Shown: positions 25,804 through 34,166 of the stretch, in pieces
How positions within the stretch are numbered: the stretch's first letter is position 1
Layout: each line of letters starts with the position of its first letter
Translations under genes and position numbers: made by a program
The notes under the pieces: generated by a model
Databases searched by the model: none
What the model was told of the DNA's origin: nothing
What the model saw: the letters and a program-made list of their open reading frames with translations, nothing else
DNA from: a virus
IMG/VR virus record: IMGVR_UViG_3300042887_000976
Location: 13,673 to 77,672 of that record
Strand: one strand, 5' to 3'
DNA length: 64,000 nucleotides

Positions 25804-26234
25804 GCACATTAACTAACGACCTAAAGACACTGTTATCTGATTCGGTAACAATGTACTTTGTTGCCCATGGTTACCATTGGAACGTAGAAGGTTCCGATTT
25901 CAGTCAATACCATTCTTTGTTTGCGGACATTTATGAAGATGTGTATTCCAGCATTGACCCCATTGCTGAAAACCTTCGTAAACTGGATGAGTATGCACCG
26001 TTCACTCTAAGCAAGTTCATTGACCTCAGAACGGTTGAAAGTGTTGAAGTGGCACCTAACCCCAAAGCAATGGCAAAAGCCCTGCTAAAAGTTAACGAGG
26101 GTGTTCTCGTAACAATTGGCAAGGCGTTTGCTTCGGCTACTAAAGCCAATGAACAGGGTATTGCTAATTTCTTGGCAGAGCGTGAAGACATGCACAAGAA
26201 ATGGCAGTGGCAGTTGACTGCCTCCACTAAGTAA
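25797..26234 (+). CDS. dps: Dps / ferritin-like DNA-protection protein
   Basis: HGYHWNVEGSDFSQYHSLF...IDPIAENLRKL...HKKWQWQL Dps signature. Confidence 0.9.
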   Translation: MVSTLTNDLKTLLSDSVTMYFVAHGYHWNVEGSDFSQYHSLFADIYEDVYSSIDPIAENLRKLDEYAPFTLSKFIDLRTVESVEVAPNPKAMAKALLKVNEGVLVTIGKAFASATKANEQGIANFLAEREDMHKKWQWQLTASTK

Positions 26235-26987
26235 CTAAGCGGTTTTTAACTCTTCAATAAACCACTTAACCAAGATTGGTGGAAGTGGGTGAGTATGTAC
26301 TTCACCATTTTGAAGCCATGTAAAGAAACCATTTCCAATCTCTTGGGACTCATGTACATCAGCAACCACAATGGGTTCATCTTCTACTAAGACATCTACT
26401 AACTCTTGTTTAGACATCCCACTTGCGTCAGCAATTCCTTGTGCAAAAGCAGCCTTCTTCAAAAGACCAATAGTCATGTCGCCCAATTCATCACGAGTAA
26501 GTGGTTCTAATTCCACCTCTGCTTTTGGTGTCGGTGTTTCTGTAATGGTCGGTTCTTCAACTGTAGCCTCAACCACAAATGGAGTAAGACCATTACTAAG
26601 TTCCAAAACGTTAACTCCCAAATCAGTCGCAGCAACTACTAACCGATTCATGCGCCGTTCGTCTACATCATCCCAAAGGATAAGAAGAGTGCCAGCATTA
26701 GCGGCAAGTTCTTTGATGATAGTAACGTCTGCGGAGTCTCCACCGTCCACAATGTAATCGGCTGTTTCAACAAGCACCTTTGGTGCTGAACCATTTTGAG
26801 ATACTGCCAAGAATGGGATGTTATTATCCAGCACGTATGTGTACACACGCTTCTCAGATTCTGAAGCGCCCTTACGGCAGTTCAAATACAGAATGTGGTC
26901 GGCATCATTGCTGTAAATGTCTTTTAAGCAATCTTCAATAATGTTTTCTGGGTGTTCGCCACCGCCTACAATTCCATAATGTGTCAT
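26235..26987 (-). CDS. hypothetical protein
   Basis: 250 aa alpha/beta N-domain; Rho-N-like helix motif MTIGLLKKAA..GI...SGMSKQELV. Confidence 0.6.
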   Translation of the reverse strand: MTHYGIVGGGEHPENIIEDCLKDIYSNDADHILYLNCRKGASESEKRVYTYVLDNNIPFLAVSQNGSAPKVLVETADYIVDGGDSADVTIIKELAANAGTLLILWDDVDERRMNRLVVAATDLGVNVLELSNGLTPFVVEATVEEPTITETPTPKAEVELEPLTRDELGDMTIGLLKKAAFAQGIADASGMSKQELVDVLVEDEPIVVADVHESQEIGNGFFTWLQNGEVHTHPLPPILVKWFIEELKTA

Positions 26988-26990
26988 TTT

Positions 26991-27245
26991 TTACCTCAAT
27001 ACTTTTCGTTGTGTCATGTCCCCCACAAGCACTAGCAAGCGGAGGAACGCATGCACTGTACCAGCAAGGGTAGCAATTGCACAACCTGCAACAAAGATAT
27101 TAGGTAGACCTAACACAAGTGCAAGTATAAAACTGACCAAAAGGGAGAAAATTACCTTTACCCAAGGCATGGCTTCTTTAGGTGTGAGCGTGTCCAACAC
27201 ATGTGTAATTTTGTAAACTGCTAGTGCTCCAAGTATATAATCCAT
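26991..27245 (-). CDS. small membrane protein (holin candidate)
   Basis: 84 aa with hydrophobic helices and a basic C-terminus. Confidence 0.5.
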   Translation of the reverse strand: MDYILGALAVYKITHVLDTLTPKEAMPWVKVIFSLLVSFILALVLGLPNIFVAGCAIATLAGTVHAFLRLLVLVGDMTQRKVLR

Positions 27246-27248
27246 TTT

Positions 27249-28922
27249 TTACTTTCCGTAGTAGTAGTTCCATACTATGTCTATTTGGTCTTTAATGGTT
27301 ACAGGCGCAATATAATTTATAATGATGTCTCTGGTAACCGTGTTGATTTTTTGGTAATCAAGCATGTAATACGAAAAAGAGTTTTTTGCTGTACCGTGCC
27401 AACGATAGTCTGAAATACCTGTACCGATTCCAGAAGCGGCTGGAAGCAAACCACCTTCACGGGTATTACCATCAAAGTATGAGCCAACAGAGAAGGGTTC
27501 TACTAGCCAGTTTGTTAATGTCACAATGGCATTAGCAGCAAGAGTAAAATACAACACAGGTACAAGGTTAACAGTTGTTTCGCTTGTACTGTTATACGGA
27601 ATTTCGTAACGTTCTTCAAGAGGGTTAAACGTGTCTACAGGAAGTTTTTGTTGTGTGGTATTCCAAGTGTCATAAAGGATGTTTGATGGCACAGACCCTC
27701 CAGAAACATTAGATTCCCATGATGACATTTTGTCAGTTGTAGCAAGATGAAAATTATTAAAAGAAGCGCCAGCCGTTTGAGTGCTTGTAAAGTTAGTGTA
27801 AAGGTCACCCGCTGGGTAATAAGGAAAGGCTGTACGTTGGTACACCAAAACATCTATAGTTCCAGTTCCCACATTCTTTACGGTAAGTGTAGAACCATTG
27901 GTAGTTACAGATGCCCCAGTTGTACTGGTTGTACCATACGAGTAAACACCCCAAGTAGCAGAACGTGTTAAAGAGGTTTTGAAAATAGCGCCCGTACCAG
28001 TTGTGGTTGCTACCACAGCCTGATTGAACGTTGGGTCAGCAGCAAAGTTAACTCTTTGAGAATGTACTTTAAAAGTATAAGAAGCGCCAGCGCCTGTCCC
28101 TGTTGTTTCATAACTAATAGCACAACCAGTTAACGCTGAAAGGTAATAAGAAATACTTTCAATAGTTCCTTTTCGGCGGCGAATATAACCAATGTTATTA
28201 AGAAGGTTACGAACTCTTGTAGTGCCAACAATATCAATGCTTGTTTCTAATCCTAGTTGTGTTGCAAGTTCGTGTAATGCTGGGGTTACAGCAAGTTCAG
28301 GGTCAATAGACAGGGGTATTGTTTCAATAAGCGTTCGTGTTTTATCTATTTCCCACCCAAACAACTCTAAAAAATTGTAAAGAGGATTACCTTCTTGGTT
28401 AGCGTCTAAAATTCTGTAATACTCAGGAATACGTGCCCAAAGGTTGTCTATAGAATTATAAGCAATAGGTATTTGAATGTAAAGTTTTGCTACTCGTTCA
28501 TACCAAGTTGTTCCTGCAAAATCTGAATATTGAATAAACAACGAATAGTAAACCCACCTACCTGGTGAAACTCTAATTGTGTCATATATTGAAAGTACAT
28601 CATTACGACTATCTTTATAAATCTGTGCGCCATCTTTAATGGTAAGTGGTTCACCTGTAGTAGAGGCTACTATTGCCATAGATATAGGTGCCGCTGATTC
28701 ACCTGCTGGTAAAGAAGTTTGAAATGTAAAAGAAAAATCCCAAGAAAGCGTTAATTTGTCAGTATCAATAATATTGGCAGTAAACAAGTTAGCATCTGCA
28801 TCGCCTACATTTGCTAACGAAACGTATGCGTCTGACCGCAGGGCCGTGTCTTCACCCGTACCTTGAAGGAACGAACCATAACCTGCACTAAGTTTTCTAA
28901 GAGTAAAGGAAGTAGTTGTCAT
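27249..28922 (-). CDS. baseplate wedge / tail protein (P2 gpI-like domain)
   Basis: LWARIPEYYR..LYNFLELFG..LATQLG..RRKGT; follows baseplate J. Confidence 0.7.
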   Translation of the reverse strand: MTTTSFTLRKLSAGYGSFLQGTGEDTALRSDAYVSLANVGDADANLFTANIIDTDKLTLSWDFSFTFQTSLPAGESAAPISMAIVASTTGEPLTIKDGAQIYKDSRNDVLSIYDTIRVSPGRWVYYSLFIQYSDFAGTTWYERVAKLYIQIPIAYNSIDNLWARIPEYYRILDANQEGNPLYNFLELFGWEIDKTRTLIETIPLSIDPELAVTPALHELATQLGLETSIDIVGTTRVRNLLNNIGYIRRRKGTIESISYYLSALTGCAISYETTGTGAGASYTFKVHSQRVNFAADPTFNQAVVATTTGTGAIFKTSLTRSATWGVYSYGTTSTTGASVTTNGSTLTVKNVGTGTIDVLVYQRTAFPYYPAGDLYTNFTSTQTAGASFNNFHLATTDKMSSWESNVSGGSVPSNILYDTWNTTQQKLPVDTFNPLEERYEIPYNSTSETTVNLVPVLYFTLAANAIVTLTNWLVEPFSVGSYFDGNTREGGLLPAASGIGTGISDYRWHGTAKNSFSYYMLDYQKINTVTRDIIINYIAPVTIKDQIDIVWNYYYGK

Positions 28923-30445
28923 TATGCGCCAACCACACCACCTGTAATGCCACTTAAATCGTAGTCAACGGCTTTCTTTAAAAGACTTGTAGGTGCAGCA
29001 GTTATTTTGTTTCCTGAAGCAATAGCAACTCCTGATGAAGTGTTAAACCTTGAAATGCTTACGTAATCTACACCTTCTACATTCATAATTAATTTATAGA
29101 TTTCTCCAAGAGATAAAACTTGTCCAAAATACACTGCATCAAATTCAAAAATAGTATCAAGAGCAGCAGTTACTGCATCTCTAACTGAACGTTGTACATA
29201 ACCGTCTTTAACTACTACATTTGCAGTAATGTAAACAGAAGTTAAATCCACAGAACTTGCTGCTGTAGCACTCGCACCAAGCATTATTTTTGGTTCAAAA
29301 TACGTAATTGCATTTGTTTGTATGTTTGCTGGAATACTAATTGTTGAACCAAATGAAGGAAGTAAATAGTCAGTTTGAAAAGGCACTGCATAAAGTGTGA
29401 CTGTACTGCCAGCATTTGAAGCAGTTGCCTTAGAAACACCAGGAATGCGCAATGACAAATCTTTAAAATCTTGTAATGAAACTGCTCTGTCTTGTGTTCT
29501 AAGTAACGCAGGTATATTTGCTTTCATAGAAAGTACGGACTCTGCGTCATAACCACCAACAGCAGCCGTTGAAGAATCTACCTTTACACCTATAGGGGTG
29601 TTACTCGCAAAAGCAGTAATTTTGTTTGCTTTTATGTTGCCATAACTACCAGACGACCTGATATACGAAACTTTAATTTCTGCACCACTTTGTGGAATTT
29701 TACCATTAATACCATTACCAAAAACAATTTGACTGATATTGTCAGCAGATGTTGCTAATGAAAAAACACGTTCATAAGAAGCCACATCAATCAAACGGTC
29801 AACATACCGATAAGAAACTGCTGTAGGTAAACCATTTACATCTAAAGCACCTTCATATACTAGAACACTTATACTACTTGCTAAAACATTACTGTATCTA
29901 AGATTAAATTTTTGATTAGATGTACCATTACTAAAGTTTGCACTAATACTAGTTGTATTAGTAGGCGATTCGTTTATAACAGCAATTCCTTCTGTAAGGG
30001 GGATGGTTACAGCAGTAGACGATGAAGCCATAGATGCAGAGGTAGTTGATACAAAATAAACAGTTGTTTCATTATCATTTTGTGCTGGGGCTACAAACGA
30101 AGTGTAGGCAGGTATTTCTACAAGTCCTGTCCAAGCCGCCGTAGAAACTAAAGTAACAGTGGCTTTTGCTGCGTTCATTTTAATAGGTTCGTAATCTACA
30201 AGATTTGAAAAAGCAAGTAACGATTCACGTTGCGTAGCAGTGCTTACAAAAGTTTCAGCAGCAGCACGGTCTACATAAAAATGAAGAACGTCACCCATGT
30301 ATGCCCAAAGGTCTACAAGCATTACACCAAAATCTGAGGTGGAACGAGTATTCCAAGAAGCCCCAATAGGGAGTTCAGCGGCACGTGACAATAAGTCTTC
30401 TTTAATAGAATAATAATCACGGCTTGTATAATCAAAAATTGGCAT
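28922..30445 (-). CDS. baseplate wedge subunit (gpJ / T4 gp6-like)
   Basis: DYTSRDY..DFGVMLVDLWAYMGDVLHFY, FGNGINGKIP, GGYDAES, RAVSLQDF. Confidence 0.9.
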   Translation of the reverse strand: MPIFDYTSRDYYSIKEDLLSRAAELPIGASWNTRSTSDFGVMLVDLWAYMGDVLHFYVDRAAAETFVSTATQRESLLAFSNLVDYEPIKMNAAKATVTLVSTAAWTGLVEIPAYTSFVAPAQNDNETTVYFVSTTSASMASSSTAVTIPLTEGIAVINESPTNTTSISANFSNGTSNQKFNLRYSNVLASSISVLVYEGALDVNGLPTAVSYRYVDRLIDVASYERVFSLATSADNISQIVFGNGINGKIPQSGAEIKVSYIRSSGSYGNIKANKITAFASNTPIGVKVDSSTAAVGGYDAESVLSMKANIPALLRTQDRAVSLQDFKDLSLRIPGVSKATASNAGSTVTLYAVPFQTDYLLPSFGSTISIPANIQTNAITYFEPKIMLGASATAASSVDLTSVYITANVVVKDGYVQRSVRDAVTAALDTIFEFDAVYFGQVLSLGEIYKLIMNVEGVDYVSISRFNTSSGVAIASGNKITAAPTSLLKKAVDYDLSGITGGVVGA

Positions 30446-30457
30446 ATCTATATCCTA

Positions 30458-30847
30458 CTAAAAATCGGAACTTACATTAAAAGTAAAAGTTGTAATTGAA
30501 TTTGTGGTAGGTAAAGAATACACCACAGTTATAGCAATTGTACTGTCTTCTACAAAGGCTGTTTGAATAAGGTCTTCTTGAGCAATTGATATGTCTAACA
30601 CGCTACCAGTATCAAGAACTTCATTAATTTTTACAAGTGCTTCTGATTTAAAATCATCAAAAAGTAGGCTGTCTATGGACTCATACAAAAGCGACTGTAT
30701 ACCTACCCCATAACTAGTATTAATAGCCCTTTCGGCACTATTTGTGATTAACACATCTACAATTTTATTTTGGGTAATAATAGCAATATCTGAGGATTCA
30801 CTGACTCCCCCATTACTAAATGAAAATGGAATATTAATTGATTTCAT
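30458..30847 (-). CDS. baseplate wedge gp25/GPW-like protein
   Basis: IPFSF..VLIT..ER....YG.GI..LLYE. Confidence 0.8.
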   Translation of the reverse strand: MKSINIPFSFSNGGVSESSDIAIITQNKIVDVLITNSAERAINTSYGVGIQSLLYESIDSLLFDDFKSEALVKINEVLDTGSVLDISIAQEDLIQTAFVEDSTIAITVVYSLPTTNSITTFTFNVSSDF

Positions 30848-30856
30848 AATAACTCG

Positions 30857-32029
30857 CTAACTGTATATAACCGCAGAATGCGTAGAGGAAACCCAAACAT
30901 CAGAAACCAATGAAGAGGTAGGAGGTTCTACAAATGTTTCTACAGTATTAGATACAGGAGTTGTTGTAGTTGTACCATCTGTAGCAATCATCAATGTAGT
31001 AAATAATTCTGATTTAGTAAGTTCATGTTTAGCAGACTTTACATACCAAAAACCATCTAATTTAGAATTATATTTGTCTACTTTAACAATGCTTCCAGGG
31101 CGTAGTTCAGGGCTACTTGTAACTACAACTTTTGCAGTATTTGAAAACTTTCTACGAAGAGCACCTTCTACTATACGTTTTCCCATTTCATAGTTGTCAA
31201 CATTAATATTTAACGTGTCAGTAAATAAAGATTCTAAAGAATTACTTAACCCAGAAGTATCATCAGTTATAGAACTGGATAGGCTCATTAGTAATCCATC
31301 TTTATCTAGAATATGCAAAGTATCAGAAGTTCTTGTTGCAGAAGTAGTAACAGCACCAATACGTCCTTCAAAACTAATTATTTGTCCGTAAGTTGGTACA
31401 ACATTTCCATATGAACCTGTAATGCTTTTTAAAACAGCATAAGAAATGTTTCTACCAAATAATTTATAAGGGTCCCAAATATGAAGATTAGTTCCTGTAA
31501 TGGTTATTGAGTATCCAAGTTTTTTGCATGCGTCAACAAGAAACGACCAATCAGATTGGTTAGTTTGGACTAACCTAGTAAACCTGTATGAATCTTTAGG
31601 AACTGCAACAGATAACTTGTAGGTGTCTGCAATACTTACAGCAATGTCTGAAATAGTTACATTTTCCCAAGATTTAGATTTTTTAGATTTCATGATGTAA
31701 CTAGAACTCATGCAATACATGCGGGTAATTTGAAATGAACTGTGGTTTACAAGACCGTCATGAGTAACAGATGTAGGTTCTAAAAAAACAATGTACCCAA
31801 CAAAATTAATACCTGTTACACCATCAAAATCAATTTTAATGCTTATAGGTTTATCAATGTAATCAGAAACTGTTTCTGGGTTTATACCACTAATATCAAT
31901 AGTTACTAATGTATGTTTGTTTTCTTCTTCTTCAATAGTAACACGTTGCATTTGGGTATAGTCCGTAGGGACTTTGTCAATGCTTATATCAACAGTAGGA
32001 GATAAAGGAGATGCAGACTTAAAAATCAT
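30857..32029 (-). CDS. baseplate hub protein (gpD/gp27/VgrG-like)
   Basis: QTNQSDWSFL..KKLGY; LRPGSIV...G.WYV.S..H. Confidence 0.75.
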   Translation of the reverse strand: MIFKSASPLSPTVDISIDKVPTDYTQMQRVTIEEEENKHTLVTIDISGINPETVSDYIDKPISIKIDFDGVTGINFVGYIVFLEPTSVTHDGLVNHSSFQITRMYCMSSSYIMKSKKSKSWENVTISDIAVSIADTYKLSVAVPKDSYRFTRLVQTNQSDWSFLVDACKKLGYSITITGTNLHIWDPYKLFGRNISYAVLKSITGSYGNVVPTYGQIISFEGRIGAVTTSATRTSDTLHILDKDGLLMSLSSSITDDTSGLSNSLESLFTDTLNINVDNYEMGKRIVEGALRRKFSNTAKVVVTSSPELRPGSIVKVDKYNSKLDGFWYVKSAKHELTKSELFTTLMIATDGTTTTTPVSNTVETFVEPPTSSLVSDVWVSSTHSAVIYS

Positions 32030-32286
32030 GGCAATGGAATCACAAGCACTGTCCCAATAGGGATTTGGTCAGGAAATCTAACATACGGGTTTAATCCTGC
32101 AATTTTCCAATATTGTGTAGAATCATTTAAAACACGTGCTGCAATAATATCAAAGGTGTCTCCATATGTAGACACAATAGTGGTAGTACGTTGTGCAGTG
32201 TACCTAGCACCTTTTACAGCAATAGGCACGGAAACATTATCTTTTGTAGCAACTGATGCTACATAACGGGAATTTGAAAAAATCAT
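32026..32286 (-). CDS. LysM / tail X-like baseplate protein
   Basis: SRY..GDTFDIIAA..DSTQYWKIA.LNP..P.GT.L.IP. Confidence 0.8.
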   Translation of the reverse strand: MIFSNSRYVASVATKDNVSVPIAVKGARYTAQRTTTIVSTYGDTFDIIAARVLNDSTQYWKIAGLNPYVRFPDQIPIGTVLVIPLP

Positions 32287-34166
32287 CGTCTACCAAATGT
32301 TGGGTCGTTAACTGCATTAATACCCTGAGTATTGGGATTTATTATGTGCCCACTTGCTTTGGTAACACGGTTTTTTACATTATCACCAACTGCTGCTTTT
32401 GATTCTGCTGTTATTACAAGAACAAAAACAACATAAACTGAGGTGCCAAAATAGGCGCTAGGGGTTTTTAAACGTTCTTCGTCAAGACCTGCTTCGTTTA
32501 AAGAAGTACCAAAGTAGTCGTGGTTAAACTTCCCAAATGTTTTTTCTTGTTCCCATTTGTCACTGTCTAGTTCTGACCACTCTCGTAACTGTGGGTTTTT
32601 CTTAGTATTAATATATCTAAATTCAGAAGTAGCAATAGGTCGTAAATCTCCTATTACGCCATCAAAATTACCTTTTTCTGCTACTTGAACAATATCATTG
32701 GGGTTGTTATATTTTGCTTTGTTAGCGTCCGCAGCACTATAAATATACATAGTATAAGATTCAATACCAAGATTCATTGCAGTGTCTTGTTCCTGCCGAA
32801 ATGTTGAACCCGCAGTTAAAATTAGTTTGTTCCTGAAGGCGGTCTGGAGTACCTCCCCTGGTTGGTAACCAAACTCTAAGTTAGGTATTTGTGAATAGTT
32901 ATTGTCAATTTTATTTTGATACCGTCTATAAAACCAACCATTTAAAGTTTCGTTGTCTTGCCAATTAAGGTCAACTGTAGCCTCTTCGTATTGGGCAAAT
33001 GTTGGGTATGCATAGTCTACGCCTTCTTGGATACAAATTACCTGTTCTTTTACAAGTTGTATGCAATCTGCAATATTTTTACTTGTTTCTGCGTCATTTG
33101 CAGCATCAGTTTGAAGTGCTTCAGTAAGTTGTGTGCTAACGTAAGAATCTTTTTTAGCAAAGCCAATGTACATTGCTTGAACACTTAGGGTCACTTGACA
33201 AACTGTTGGAACCATGTTTCTACTGAATTTATGAAAAGCCACGTTAGAAGCAGTTACAAAACCTTCAACCATAAACAAAGATGAAAAAACAATACGAATA
33301 GGCATTGGGTTAAGGAACGCAGAGTTACCCAATACTTTGTTAAGACTGTCTGCATATTTAGTGTCTGTACCTGTACCTAAAAAATCTGTGTCTCCATATG
33401 GTTGTACAGGCTTTCCATCTTTATCAAGTTCATCTGAAGGGCGCAATTTTTTGGTTGCCTCCCAGTAAGCCTGAATGCTTCTAATAGAGTCAAATGTGAT
33501 TGATTGACCAATAATAGAATCAAGTACATACAAATCTACAAGTACACCAAGGTCACCTAATTGGTTTTGTTTATAAGCAAGACCACCTGCCTTGAGGTCT
33601 GCTCCATAATTAGCAAGGTTTGCTGAAAGGGCAGATGTTTTTTCAAGTTTTCCATTAGCATTAATGTATTCTTGCGCTGATACTTCGTGTTCACGATTAA
33701 ACAACAATTGAAATTCAAAACTTGCTTGACCTGGAATAGGTTGAAGTAACTGAGTAGGGTCTTGAAGTAGCGGGTTAAGCGTGGTAGTGCTGGCTTGCAC
33801 TGAACGTAAAATAAGGCTTGGATTAAACTGAAAAAAACAACGCCGAGTAGGTGGTGTAATACCTGTATATTTAGTAGTTAGTTGTTTATTTGTTTTAGGG
33901 TCTTTTGCTGCATTAATCTGGGTAAGTACTTCAGGAAAAATGCCTCTAATAAAACCACGTTGGATATTAGTGTTGGTTTTAGGAGCCCCAGGAACATCAT
34001 AAACATTTGGTGGAGTTTTACCTGGAAAATAAAACTCTGGGTTGTCTTCAGCCGTTCGTGATACTCCACGAGTTTCAGCGCCACTAGTAACTAAATTTAA
34101 AAACTGGTCTGAGGAATAGCCAGTTGTGTTAACATTTGCATTTGTGTTTGGGTTATATGTTGTCAT
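32283..34166 (-). CDS. tail tube initiator / contractile-system tube-like protein
   Basis: FQFNPS..F.LLFNR..GVLVDL..EGFVT..F..F..MVP..C.V; sits between tape measure and LysM genes. Confidence 0.65.
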   Translation of the reverse strand: MTTYNPNTNANVNTTGYSSDQFLNLVTSGAETRGVSRTAEDNPEFYFPGKTPPNVYDVPGAPKTNTNIQRGFIRGIFPEVLTQINAAKDPKTNKQLTTKYTGITPPTRRCFFQFNPSLILRSVQASTTTLNPLLQDPTQLLQPIPGQASFEFQLLFNREHEVSAQEYINANGKLEKTSALSANLANYGADLKAGGLAYKQNQLGDLGVLVDLYVLDSIIGQSITFDSIRSIQAYWEATKKLRPSDELDKDGKPVQPYGDTDFLGTGTDTKYADSLNKVLGNSAFLNPMPIRIVFSSLFMVEGFVTASNVAFHKFSRNMVPTVCQVTLSVQAMYIGFAKKDSYVSTQLTEALQTDAANDAETSKNIADCIQLVKEQVICIQEGVDYAYPTFAQYEEATVDLNWQDNETLNGWFYRRYQNKIDNNYSQIPNLEFGYQPGEVLQTAFRNKLILTAGSTFRQEQDTAMNLGIESYTMYIYSAADANKAKYNNPNDIVQVAEKGNFDGVIGDLRPIATSEFRYINTKKNPQLREWSELDSDKWEQEKTFGKFNHDYFGTSLNEAGLDEERLKTPSAYFGTSVYVVFVLVITAESKAAVGDNVKNRVTKASGHIINPNTQGINAVNDPTFGRR

